From Mobula hypostoma (taxonomy: Eukaryota), in NCBI RefSeq assembly GCF_963921235.1, contig NC_086097.1, positions 101,682,001 to 101,746,000 of the forward strand: a DNA stretch of 64,000 nucleotides, read 5' to 3'. The number at the start of each line of letters is the position of its first letter. Positions within the stretch are counted from its first letter, which is position 1. The position numbers were made by a program, and so were the translations under genes. Shown one piece after another: positions 9,903 through 22,296 of the stretch. The notes beneath the pieces are model-generated. The model was not told where the DNA came from. It saw nothing but the letters and a program-made list of their open reading frames with translations, and did not search any database.

Positions 9903-12900
9903 ACACACAGTGTGAATGGTGTGTGGTGATTGTGTCGTTGGCTCAGGATTATAAACAATGTGAATGGTTTGTGGTGTCTGTGTCGTTGGCCCGAGGTAAC
10001 TAACAGCGTGAATGGTTTGTAGTGTCTATGTCGTTGGCCCTGGGTTACTCACAGGGTGACTGATGTGTGGTGACTGTGTGAGTAGTCCAGGATTATACAC
10101 AGTCCGAATGGTTTCTGCTGACTATGTCGTTGGCCCAGGATTACACACAGTGTGAAAGGCTTTTGGTGTTTGTGTCGTTGTCACAGGATTATACATAGTG
10201 TGAATGGTGTGTGGTGTCTGTGTTGTTGGCCCAGGATTACACAAAGTGTGAATGGTGTGTGGTGACTGTGTCTTTGGCTCAGGATTATAAACAATGTGAA
10301 TGCTGTGTGATGTCTGTGTTGCTAGCCCTGGGTAACACACAGTGTGAATGGTGTCTGGTGTCTGCGTCGTTGGCCCAGGATTATACACAGTGTGAATGGT
10401 TTGTGCTGTCTGTGTCATTAACCCAGGAGTATACGCAGTGTGAATGGTGTGTGGTGTCTGTGTCGTTGGCCCAGGATTATACACAGTGTGAATGGTGTGT
10501 GGTGTCTGTGTTGTTGGCCCAGTGTAATACACAGTGTCAATGGTGTGTGGTGTCTGTGTGGGTAGCGCAGGATTATACACAGTGCGAATGGTTTGTGGTG
10601 TCTATGTGGCTAGCTCAGGATAAACACAGTGTGAATGGTTTGTGGTGACTATGTGGGTAGCCCACGATTATACACAGTGTGACTGGTGTGTGGTGTCTGT
10701 GTCCTTGGCCCAGGATTACACACAGTGTTAATGGTGTGTGGTGTCTGTATCGATGTCCCAGGATTAGAAACAGTGTGAATGGTGTGTGGTTTCAGTGTCG
10801 TTTGCCCAGGATTACACACAGTGTGAATGATGTGTGGTGTCTGTGCTGTTGGCCCAGGATTACACACATGTGAATGGTGTGTGGTGATTATGTGGGACCC
10901 GAAGATTGCACACAGTGTGAATGGTTTGTGGTGTCTGTGTCGTTGTCCCAGGATTATATACAGTGTGAATGGTTTGTCGTGTTTGTGGGGTTAACCCAGG
11001 ACTATACACCACGTGAATGTTATGTGGTTTCTGTGTCGTTGGCCCAGGATTACACACAGTGTGAATAGTGTGTGGTGTCTGTGTGGGTAGCGCAGGATTA
11101 TACACAGTGTGAATGGTTTGTGGTGACTATGTGGGTAGCCCACGATTATACACAGTGTGATTGGTGTGTGGTGTCTGTGTCGTTGGCCCAGGATTATTCA
11201 CAGTGCGAATGGTTTGCGGTCTCTGTGTCGTTGTCTCAGGGTTACACACAGTGTGAATGGTTTGTGGTGACAATGTGCTTTGCCAGGACTATACACAGTG
11301 TGAATGTTGTGTGGTGTCTGTGACGTTGGTCCAGGATAACACACAGTGTGAATAGTTTGTGGTGTCTGTGTCAGTGGCCCAAGGTAACAAACAGCGTGAA
11401 TGGTTTGTCGTGTCTGTGTCATTGGCCCTGGGTTACACACAGCGTGACTGATGTGTGGTGACTCTGTGGGTAGTCCAGGATTATACTCAGTGTGAATGGT
11501 GTGTGGTGACTAAGTCGTTGGCCCAGGATTATACACAGTGTGAATGGTCTATGGTGTCTGTGTCGTTAACCCAGGACTATACACAGTGTGAATGGTGTGT
11601 GGTGTCTGTGTCATTGGCTCAGGATTATACACATTGTGAATGGTATGTGGTATCTGTGTCGTTGGCTCAAGATTATAAACAATGTGAATGTTGTGTGGTG
11701 TCTGTGTTGTTGGCCCAGGATTACACACAATGTGAATGGTGTGTGGTGTTTGTGTGGGTAGCCCACAATTATACAAAGTGTGAATGGTTTGTGGTGTCTG
11801 TGTCGTTGGCCCAGGATTACACACACTGTGAATGGTGTGTGGTGTCTGTATCGATGGCCCAGGATTAGAAACAGTGTGAAGGGTGTGTGGTGTCAGTGTC
11901 GTTGGCCCAGGATTATACACAGTGTGAATGTTTTGTGGAGTCTGTGTCGTTGGCCCAGGATTATACACAGTGTCAATGGTTTGTGGTTACTCTGTCGTTG
12001 GCCCAGGATTACACATGTGTGAATGGTGTGTGGTGACTATGTTGTTGGTACAGGATTACACATTGTGAATGGTGTGTTATGTCAGGGTCGTTTGTCCAGG
12101 ATTACACACAGGCTGAATGGTTTGTGGTATCTGTGTCATTAACCCAGAACTATACACAGTGTGAATGGTGTGTGGTGTCTGTGTCGTTAACCCAGCACTA
12201 TACACAGTGTGAATGTTGTGTGGTGTCTGTGTCGTTGGCCCAGGATTATACACAGTGTGAATGGTTTGTGGTGTTTGTGTGGGTAGCCCAGGATTATACA
12301 CAGTATGAATGGTTTGTGGTTACTCTGTCGTTGGCCCAGGATTACACACTGTGTGAATGGTGTGTGGTGACTATGTAGGTACCCCATGATTATATACACA
12401 GTATGAATGGTGTGTGGTTACTCTGTCGTGGCCCAGGATTACACACTGTGTGAATGGTGTGTGGTGACTATGTAGGTACCCCAGGATTTTACATAGTGTG
12501 AATGGATTGCGGTGTCTGTGTCGTTGGCTGAGGTTTAGACATAGTGTGAATGGTGTGTGGTGTCTGTGTCATGAACCCAGGACTATACACAGTGTGAATG
12601 GTGTGTGGTGTCTGTGTCGTTAACCCAGGACTATACACAGTGTCAATGGTGTGTTGAGTCTGTATCGATGGCCCAGGATTAGAAACAGTGTGAATGGTGT
12701 GTGCTGTCTGTGTCGTTTTCCGAGGAGAACACACAGTGTGAATTGTTTGTGGTGACACTGTCGTTGACCCAGGATTATACTCAGTGTGAATGGTTTGTGG
12801 TGTCTGTGTCGTTAACCCAGGACTACACACAGTGTGAATGGTGTGTGTTGTCTGTATCGATGGCCCACTATTAGAAACAGTGTGAATGGTGTGTGGTGTC

Positions 12901-15550
12901 TGTGCTGTTGGCCCAGGATTACACACAGTGTGAATGGTGTGTGGTGATGTGTCGTTGCTCAGGATTATAAACAATGTGAATGTTGTGTGGTGTCAGTATT
13001 ATTGGCCTAGGGTAACACACAGTGTGAATGGTTTGTGGTGTCAGTGTTGTTGGCCCAGGATACACACACTGGAAGGGTGTGTGGTGGCTATATGGGTAGC
13101 ACAGGATCATACACAGTGTGAATGATTTCTGGTGTCTGTGTCGTTGGACCAGTGTTACACACAGTGTGAATGGTGTCTGGTGTCTGTGTCGTTGGCCCAG
13201 GATTATACACAGTGTGAATGTTGTGTGGTCTCTGTGTTGTTGGCCCAAGGTAACACACAGTGTGAATGGTTTGTGGTGTCTGTGTCGTTGGCCCAGGTTA
13301 ACACACAGTGTGAATGGTTTGTGGTGTCTGTGTGGGTAGCCCACGATTATACACAGTGTGAATGGCGTGTGGTGACTGTGTCTTTGGCTCAGGATTATAA
13401 ACAATGTGAATGCTGTGTGATGTCTGTGTTGCTAGCCCCAGGTAACACACAGTGTGAATGGTGTCTGGTGTCTGTGTCGTTGGCCCAGGATTATACACAG
13501 TGTGAATGGTTTGTGCTGTCTGTGTCATTAACCCAGGACTATACGCAATGTGAATGGTGTGTGGTGTCTGTGTCGTTGGCCCAGGATGACACAGAGCGTG
13601 AATGGTGTGTGGTGACTCTGTTGTTGGCCCAGGATTATACACAGTGTGAATGGTGTGTGGTGTCTGTGTTGTTGGCCCAGTGTAATACACAGTGTCAATG
13701 GTGTGTGGTGTCTGTGTGGGTAGCGCAGGATTATACACAGTGCGAATGGTTTGTGGTGTCTATGTGGCTAGCTCAGGATAAACACAGTGTGAATGGTTTG
13801 TGGTGACTATGTGGGTAGCCCACGATTATACACAGTGTGACTGGTGTGTGGTGTCTGTGTCCTTGGCCCAGGATTACACACAGTGTGAATGGTGTGTGGT
13901 GTCTGTATCGATGTCCCAGGATTAGAAACAGTGTGAATGGTGTGTGGTTTCAGTGTCGTTTGCCCAGGATTACACACAGTGTGAATGATGTGTGGTGTCT
14001 GTGCTGTTGGCCCAGGATTACACACATGTGAATGGTGTGTGGTGATTATGTGGGACCCGAAGATTACACACAGTGTGAATGGTTTGTGGTGTCTGTGTCG
14101 TTGTCCCAGGATTATATACAGTGTGAATGGTTTGTCGTGTTTGTGGGGTTAACCCAGGACTATACACCACGTGAATGTTATGTGGTTTCTGTGTCGTTGG
14201 CCCAGGATTACACACAGTGTGAATAGTGTGTGGTGTCTGTGTGGGTAGCGCAGGATTATACACAGTGTGAATGGTTTGTGGTGACTATGTGGGTAGCCCA
14301 CGATTATACACAGTGTGACTGGTGTGTGGTGTCTGTGTCGTTGGCCCAGGATTATTCACAGTGCGAATGGTTTGCGGTCTCTGTGTCGTTGTCTCAGGGT
14401 TACACACAGTGTGAATGGTTTGTGGTGACAATGTGCTTTGCCAGGACTATACACAGTGTGAATGTTGTGTGGTGTCTGTGACGTTGGTCCAGGATAACAC
14501 ACAGTGTGAATAGTTTGTGGTGTCTGTGTCAGTGGCCCAAGGTAACAAACAGTGTGAATGGTTTGTCGTGTCTGTGTCGTTGGCCCTGGGTTACACACAG
14601 CGTGACTGATGTGTGGTGACTCTGTGGGTAGTCCAGGATTATACACAGTGTGAATGGTGTGTGGTGACTAAATTGTTGGCCCAGGATTATACACAGTGTG
14701 AATGGTCTATGGTGTCTGTGTCGTTAACCCAGGACTATACACAGTGTGAATGTTGTGTTGTGTCTGTATCGATGGCCCAGGATTAGAAACAGTGTGAATG
14801 GTGTGTGCTGTCTGTGTCATTTTCCGAGGAGAACACACAGTGTGAATGGTTTGTGGTGACACTGTCGTCGACCCAGGATTATACTCAGTGTGAATGGTTT
14901 GTGGTGTCTGTGTCATTGGCCCAGGGTAACACACAGTGTGTATGGTTTGTGGTGTCTGTGTGGGTAGCCCAGGATTATACACAGTGTGAATGGTGTGTGG
15001 TGACTGTGTCTTTGGCTCAGGATTATAAACAATGTGAATGCTGTGTGATGTCTGTGTTGCTAGCCCCGGGTAACACACAGTGTGAATGGTGTCTGGTGTC
15101 TGTGTCGTTGGCCCAGGATTATACACAGTGTGAATGGTTTGTGCTGTCTGTGTCATTAACCCAGGACTATACGCAGTGTGAATGGTGTGTGGTGATTGTG
15201 TCATTGGCTCTGGACTATAAACAATTTGAGTGTTGTGTGGTGTCTGTGTCGTTGGCCCAGGGTAACACACAGTGTGAATGGTCTGTGGTGTCTGTGTCAT
15301 TTGCCCAGGATTATAGACAGTGTGAATGGTTTGTGGTGACTAAGTCGTTGGCCCAGGATTACACACAGTTTAAATGGTGTGTGGTGATTATGTGGGTAGT
15401 CCACAATTACACACAGTGTGAATGGTTTGTGGTTACTGTGTCATTGGCCCAGGATTACACACAGTGTGAGTGATTTGTAGTGACTATGTTGGCAGCCCAC
15501 AATGATACACAGTGTGAATGGTGTGTGGTGTCTGTGTCGTTGGCCCAGGT
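9903..15550. repeat. Minisatellite, 48-bp unit ACACAGTGTGAATGGTGTGTGGTGTCTGTGTCGTTGGCCCAGGATTAT
   Basis: Tandem diverged units over ~5.6 kb; the 16-aa periodicity in the ORF track reflects the 48-bp period. Confidence 0.97.
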
Positions 15551-17822
15551 TAATAACCCAGATCTTATTAGGGATCTTGATGGAATTTACACTGCAATCT
15601 GAGAGGGAAAAGTGTAAGTCACATGTATTAGTATCACAGTGGAATAAAAGGAATTAGAGAGGCCTGAGAGAGGAGCTTACCCAGAAGGACTGGAGGAGGA
15701 TACTGGCAGAGAAGAGGTGGCTGAGGTTTCTGAGAATAGTTCACAAGGCACAGGATAGATATGTCCTACAGAAAAAGTTGTTCTCAAATGGCAGGGGTAG
15801 GCAATCGTGGCTGACAAGGGAAGTTAACGACTGCGTAAAAGCCAAGGAACAGCATACAAAGTAGCAACAGTGAGTGGGAAGTTGGGTGATTAGGAAGCTT
15901 TTAAAATCAAAAAAAGGGCAACTAAAAAAGTTATAAGAAGGGAAAAGATGAAATATGAGGGCAATCTAGCCAATAATATTAATCAGGTTACTGAAAGTTT
16001 TTTCATTTATATAAAAAGTAAAAGGGAGGCGAGAATTGATATTGGACCACTGGAAAATGATGCTGGTGGGGTAGTAATGGGGGACAAAGAAATGGCAGAT
16101 GAACTTGAGTACTTTGGCACACTGCTAGTGTCTTCCACAGTGAAGACAGATGAACAGATCTGCGAGTATCATTGTCTTACACTTTTTCTTTTGTAATAAA
16201 TAGCAAACTCAAAGGTCTTAACGTGGATAAGTCACCTGGACCAGATGGGCTACATCCCAGAGTCCTGAGAGAGGTTGCTGACGAGATAATGGATGCATTG
16301 GTCATGACCTTTCAAGAATTACTTGTTTCTGGCATGGTCTGGGAGGACTGGAAAATTGCAAATGTCACTCCACTCTTCAAGAAGGGAAGAAGGCAAAAGA
16401 ATGAAAATTATAGGCCAGTTAGCTTAACCTTGGTGGTTGGGGAAGTGTTGGAGTCCATTATTAAGGATGAGGTTTCAGGGTACTTGGAGACTAATGATAA
16501 AATAAGTCAAAGTCAGCATGGTTTCTGTAAAGTGAAATCTTGCCTGACTAATCTGTTAAGAGTTCTTCAAAGAAGTAACAAGCAGGGTGGATAAAGGAGA
16601 GGCAGTGGATGTCATTTACTTGGATTTTTAAAAGGCAGTTCAGAAGGTTCCACACATGAGGTTGCTTAACGTGATAAAATCCTATGATGTCACAGGAAAG
16701 ATACTGGCAATGAATAGAGAAATGGCTGACAGGCAGGAGGCAGCGATTGGGAACAAAGGGGGCCTTTTCTGGTTGGCTGCCAGTGACTAGTGGTGTTCCT
16801 CAAGGGTCAGTATTGGGACCGCTACTTTTCACATTGTTTATCAGTCATTTGGATGATGGAATTGATGACTTTGTGGCAAAGTTTGCGGATGATACGAAGA
16901 TAGGAAGAGGGGTAGGTAGTGCTGAGAAAGCAATGCGATTGCAGCAGGACTTAGACAAATTGGAAGAATGGACAAAAAAGTGGCAGATGGAATACAGTGT
17001 TGGGAAATGTATGATAATGCATTTTGGTAAAAGGAACAATAGTGCAGACTATTATCTAAATGGGGAGTAAGTTCAAACATCAGAGGTCCAGAGGGACTTA
17101 GGAGTCCTTGTGGAAAACACACAGAGTTGAGTGGGATCCGGGATCAGCCATAATTTACAGGTTGAGTCTGTGGTAAAGAAGGCAAATGCGATATTGGCAT
17201 TTATTTCAAGCGGAACAGAATATAAAAGCGAGGAGATAATGCTGAGTCTTCATAAGACACTAATCAGGCCACACTTGAAGTATTGATAATAGTTTTAGGC
17301 CCCATAGCTCAGAAAGGATGTGTTGTCATTGGAGACAGTCCAGGGGAGGTTCATGAGGATGATTCTTGGAATGAAGGGGTTAACATCTGAGGAGTGTTTG
17401 GCAGCTTTGGGCCTGTACTCACTGGAATTTAGAAGAATGCAGGGAGATCTCATTGAAACCTACCGAATGTTGAAAGGACTAGATAGGGTGGATGTGGAGA
17501 GGATGTTTCCTATGGTGGGTGTATCCAGAACTAGAGGGCATAGCCTCAAAGTTGAGTGGCGACCTTTTAGAAGAGGTAAAGAGAAATTTTTTTATCCAGA
17601 GAGTAATGAATTTATAGAATGCTCTGCCACAGACTGCGGTGGAGGCCAAGTCAGTGGGTATATTTGAGGCAGAAATTAATAGTTTCCTGATGTCCTGACC
17701 AATGGTGAAAAGGCAGGTGTATGAGATTGAGTGGGATCCGGGATCAGCCATGATGGAATGGCAGAGCAGACTCGATGGGCTGAATGGCCTAATTCTGCTC
17801 CTATATCATATGGAGTCATGGT
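15551..17822 (+). mobile_element. CR1-clade LINE, 5'-truncated and decayed
   Basis: KSPGPDGLHPRVL, NYRPVSLT, PQGSVLGP, KFADDTK and LEFRRMQGDLIETY, with many stops and indels. The 3' tail reads ggctgaatggcctaattctgctcctatatcatatgg. Confidence 0.93.
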
Positions 17823-18898
17823 GTGGCCCCAGTGTGAATCGTGGAATATTGTAGGATTGCAACGATGTGATGTTTTAATCACTGAAAAAGCAATTCAAAT
17901 ATACCAGTGAGAAGGACATCACGAAACGCAGCACCAGTCAGCTACAGTCTGACATGATGAGCGGCCAGGAAACTGAGAGGCACTGTGACTCTTCAATCTG
18001 TGAGTGAAGCAGTGAATGCACATTTACGAGGTTGTATTTGATATCTTTGGAGGTCAGAGGGCACACCGTCTGAATGCTGGTCCTTTAAACAGACTGTTGA
18101 TGTGAAATATCTGGTCTCTATCGCATTAGCACTGAGGTGTTGGAATTAACTGCCACTTTCCATACATTTCAGTGTTGACAACCAGCAGAAACTATCTTCA
18201 TTAGTCCTGACCCTGTCTGAGATATCCAAAGGCATTTTTAAATACAATTTCTCTCCTGTATTCTTTTGGAGGTCTCTGGCTGCCCTCAGAGTAGATGAGA
18301 ACTGTTTTTAATAAATCAACATGCTGGAAAGTCTCTCTGATGAATTTTTGCATTCCACCAGCTGTGATATCGTTTGGAGGAACGACATCAGTTGAATGCT
18401 GACAGCACCCAGGAAGAAAGAAATCCCACTGCAATGCGCGGCGACAAATTGCCCAAAGGGTTCTTGGGCACCCCAAAACAGGGTGTGATTGCTGTGCCCC
18501 TGGCTAGACTGTTTTCTTGCAGTCAACTGAAGATGAACAGAGGAATTTCTAGCACACGGTCCAGAACTTGCTCTTCATATCAGCTCTGACACAAATCATG
18601 ACGTCTTATCACCCAGCACTTCCACCAGGGCCCAAATCTGTCAACCCATGAACACTACGGGATTTATAAACAGATTGCAAACAGCTGTTCAACATTATCT
18701 TGCTCATCCTCAACACCAGTATCTGTGAGTAGTTAATGGCCAGATGTGATGATGTATCAAGTGTGTTCGTGACATTCATAACCCCAGCTCTGGACAGAGA
18801 GCTCTGGATCAAGGCAGAGTCGTGGGCTCGATGCAGGTGGAGGGATGGGCAATTTCAGGCACTGGCATGGACCATCAAATCCTAGCCCTTCCTTGAGA

Positions 18899-19075
18899 GA
18901 CAATCTACTGGAGTAACTCAGTGAGCTGAGCAGTAGCTATGGGGGATAGGAACTGTTCATTTTGGGTCTTAATGCAGGGGTTTGGTCCAAAGTGCAACAA
19001 TTACTTTCTGACCCACAAATGCTGTTTGACCAACAGAGTTCCTCCCACAGATAGTTTGTCCGGCACCTGCAGTCC
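18899..19075. mobile_element. Old short element with two inverted Penelope-type termini
   Basis: The left ctggagtaactcagtgagctgagcag and right tgctgtttgaccaacagagttcctcc resemble, in opposite orientations, the tgctgcctgacctgctgagttcctccag terminus at 21943-21970. Confidence 0.45.
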
Positions 19076-19199
19076 CTCATATCTACCCCTCACCTCACAG
19101 AGAAGTGAATGAATGGAAGAACGTGTGAGAGAAGCAGAAAGTAAAAACACTTTTGGATATCTCAAACTGGGTCTCAATAAGTGAAGATCATTTTGAGCT

Positions 19200-20352
19200 G
19201 CAGTCACCACTGGAACACCGTATATGGACAGTCACCACTGAATATATGGGCAGTCACCACTGGAACACCGTATATGGGCAGCCACCACTGGAAACATCGT
19301 ATATGGACAGTCACCACTGTATATGGGCAGCCACCACTGGAACACCGTATATGGGCAGTCACCACTGGAACACCGTATATGGTCAATGGCCACTGGAACA
19401 CCATATATGGACGGTGGACACTGGGCCGCTGGCTAAGCTAGTGGACACTGGGCTGCTGGCTAAGCCAGTGGGCACTGGAACACTGGTCGCCGCTGGAACA
19501 CTGTGTGCGGGCAGTCACCACTGGAATACAGTGCATGGACAGCCAGCACTGAAACACCGTGCCTGGGCAGTCACCACTGGAACACTGTATATGGATGGCG
19601 GCCACTGGAACACCGTATTATGGGCAGTCATCACTGGAACACAGCAGACAGACTGTGGCCACTGGGCCACCGTATACGGTCAGTGGTCACTGGGACACCG
19701 TTTACGGTCAGTGGTCACTGGATTGTCATCTAGGCCAGTGGCCGCTGAACCGCCATCAGCTGACAGTGGCCTCTGGAATGACGTTGACTGGCAGTGGCCA
19801 CTGGAACACTGTAGATGTACAGTGTCAGCTGAGAAACGGAATACGGACAGTCACCACTGGAACACCGTATGTGGACAGTGGCCACTGGAACACTGTGCAT
19901 GGACAGTGGGCACTGGGTTGTCTATGCCAGTGGCCACCGGACCACCGTCAGCTGACAGTGGCCACTGAAACACTGTAGATAGACAGTGGCAGCGGGAAAA
20001 CTGTATACAGTCACCACTGGAACACCGTATGTGGACAGTGGCCATTGGAACACCGTATGTGGACAGTGGCCACTGGAACACCGTATGTGGACAGTGGCCA
20101 TTGGAACACCGTATGTGGACAGTGGCCACTGGAACACCGTGTGTGGACAGTGGCCATTGGAACACCGTATGTGGACAGTGGCCACTGGAACACCGTATGT
20201 GGACAGTGGCCACTGGAACACCGTATGTGGACAGTGGCCACTGGAACACCGTGTGTGGACAGTGGCCATTGGAACACCGTATGTGGACAGTGGCCACTGG
20301 AACACCGTGTATGGCCAGTCACCACTGGAACATTGTATATGGACAGTGGCCG
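19200..20352. repeat. Minisatellite, 28-bp unit GGAACACCGTATGTGGACAGTGGCCACT
   Basis: Near-perfect tandem at 20019-20310; degenerate related units at 19200-20018. Confidence 0.93.
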
Positions 20353-20444
20353 CTCCCTGCAACATATTGAAGCTGCTGAGAGAGTCACCAAGTATTTTGT
20401 TTCTCCGCATTAGTGATATCTCCTGAAAGATACCAGTTGGTCTA

Positions 20445-20748
20445 GACACCAAGCAGCTCCGAGACGCTGCTGCCTCACAACTCGAGCTGGTCCGGCATGA
20501 TCTTGACAGTTCACTGTCCGTACAGAGCTTGCACACTCTCCCTATGACATTGTGGGTTTCCTCGCGTGCCTCTGTTTCCTCCTACGTCCGGCCTGGTGGG
20601 TTAACTGTCTGCTCTGTGTTGTGAGTGGTGGAACCTGAGGAGAGCTATGAGCAGGTGAGGAAAATAAAACCTGGGATAAGCGTAGGATTTGTGTGAATGG
20701 TTGGCATGGACTCATCGACAAGGACCTCTTTCTGTGCTATGGGACTCT
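20445..20748 (+). mobile_element. Decayed V-SINE (HE1-like)
   Basis: tRNA-like head (gctgctgcctcaca), V-domain-like core (gcttgcacactctccc...tgtgggtttcctc...gtttcctcc) and LINE-like tail (ggcatggactc...ttctgtgctatgggactct). Confidence 0.7.
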
Positions 20749-20749
20749 T

Positions 20750-20953
20750 CCCATATTCCCACCAGCCATTTCAGTTCCTCTCTCTATTCCTACGCAGATC
20801 CATCTCCTCCTCTGTTAGGGTGAGGTTGGATACAAACTGGAGAAACAACACCTCATGCTGTACCTGGGTAGGCTACAAACTGATAGCATAAACTTTGAAT
20901 TCTCCAGCCTCCCGCAACTACTCCCTCTCTGTTCCTTTACACTCTGCTCCTGA
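20750..20953 (+). mobile_element. Old Penelope-like fragment (ORF C-terminus)
   Basis: KLEKQHLMLYLGRLQTDSINFEFSS aligns with RLEEQHLIFRLGSLQPDGMNTDFSN at the end of the 7208-9001 ORF. Confidence 0.75.
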
Positions 20954-21449
20954 TCCAAGTTCAAAGTAAACTTATCACCGAAGTACGGATATGTCACCAT
21001 ACACAACCCTGCGGGCATTCACACTAAATACAAGAACATAATGGATCGCCCCTTACAGGACAGACAACCAGCATGCAAAAGACTACAAACTGCAAATGCA
21101 AAAAGAAAGAAAATAATTAATCAAATTAAAAATAAAGAAACAATAAATATCAAGAACATGAGATGAAGAATCCTTGAAAGTGAGTCCATAGGTTGTGGGA
21201 ACAGTTCAGTGATGGGGCAAGTGGAGTTGAAAGAAGTTATCCCCTCTGGCTGAGGAGCCTGATGGTTGAGCAGTAATAACTGTTCCTGATCCTGGTGGTC
21301 AGAGTCCTGAGGCTCCTGTACCTTCTTCCTGATGGCAGCAAGGCGAGAGTACGACCTGGGTGGTAGTGGGGGAGTCCCTGATGATGGATGCTGCTTTCCT
21401 CTGACAACACTCTATGTAGATGTGCTCAATGGTGGGGAGGGCTTTACAG
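20954..21449 (-). mobile_element. Rex1/Babar-like LINE 3' fragment interrupting the old Penelope copy
   Basis: Minus strand: KALPTIEHIYIECCQRKAASIIRD...LLPSGRRYRSLRTLTTRIRNSYY, then a UTR ending tttactttgaactt. Confidence 0.75.
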
Positions 21450-21620
21450 TCCATCTCCCCTCTGTCCATCTCCTCTGCCCGTCCTGCTCCTGGCCATCTC
21501 CCCTCTGTCATTCAGTCTCGATGAAGGGTCTCAACCTGAAACACTGACTGTCCATTTACCTCCATAGATGCTGCCTGAGCCATTAATGTTCCCCAGCACT
21601 TCAAGGCGGCAGCATCAGAC
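21450..21620 (+). mobile_element. Remaining Penelope 3' end with a degenerate hammerhead motif (21513-21550)
   Basis: cagtc-TCGATGA-A-GGGTCTCAACCT-GAAAC-ACT-gactg followed by gatgctgcctga, as at 9769-9835. Confidence 0.7.
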
Positions 21621-21779
21621 TCTGCCAATATCTCACCACTACCTTCGCCAAACATTATTAACTGCAGAGACCAGGACCCCACATCCCATCATCCAAAACC
21701 CAAAAAGAAATCATCCTGCTCCACAGAACCTATCCTCGTGGAGAAGGCGTCTTCCCCAAAATCCAGTCAGTCAACCAGC

Positions 21780-22018
21780 AACACACTTAATGCTGCTGGA
21801 ACTCAGCGGGTGAGGCCGAGAATCTTCATCAGGACAGAAAGATAAAGGGAAGCTAGCCAGAACGGAGGGAAAGGATAGAGCAAGAGCTTGCAGGACAAAG
21901 GGTCATGGCCGAAAACGTCAAGTGTTTATACCTCTCCACAGGTGCTGCCTGACCTGCTGAGTTCCTCCAGCACCTCGAGTGCATTGCTTTTCAATTCCAG
22001 CATCTGCAGAATCTCATT
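21780..22018. mobile_element. Short non-autonomous Penelope-derived element with outward-facing inverted termini
   Basis: Left arm on minus: gtcCTGATGAAgattctcggcc...gctgagttccagcagca. Right arm on plus: gacaaagggtcatggccgaaaacgtca...tgctgcctgacctgctgagttcctccagca...ttccagcatctgcagaat. Confidence 0.65.
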
Positions 22019-22296
22019 TCCCACTGGTCAGTCAGGCTGCTTGGAATCAGGAACCCAGTGAAAGACAAAGTAAGTCAGATACCAGAAGATGGGCTGTCTG
22101 TGGGGGAGGGGGCCAGACTCGTTCACATGGTCAGATGGGCCCAATCAGGCACGATCTCAGCTTTTCTCAGTGAATGCGCAGGGTCCAGTCTCCCCATTCC
22201 TCAGCCCTTCCCCACTCAATGCAATCTGACCTCAACCCAGACATTTACACGGCCGTTCCCAACGTTCACGAAGTGCCACTGTCGCAAAGCACTGAC

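Larger units (their letters stand above)
527..22296 (-). other. Phase-2 GT-AG intron (21,770 bp) of the GALNT16-like gene
   Basis: Donor AG|gtcagt at 22296 and acceptor cacag|C at 527. Joining gives AG+C = Ser and the continuous peptide [14 protein letters not shown]. Confidence 0.85.

Noticed and set aside
10122..15473. Mucin-like or Cys/Val-rich 16-aa repeat ORFs on both strands
   Set aside because: These are by-products of the 48-bp period, broken by frequent stops and frameshifts, with no splice or domain evidence.
17830..18895. Unique-looking stretch with short ORFs and TGATGA (C-box-like) motifs near 17953 and 18747
   Set aside because: There is no recognisable domain or convincing splice pair. 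The C-box motifs are antisense to the host gene and lack clear terminal stems. It could hold a conserved non-coding element, but that needs alignments.
19153..20536. Overlapping repetitive ORFs; CRISPR-like appearance of a palindromic 28-bp repeat
   Set aside because: Units are head-to-tail with no unique spacers, there are no cas genes, and the context is a vertebrate intron.
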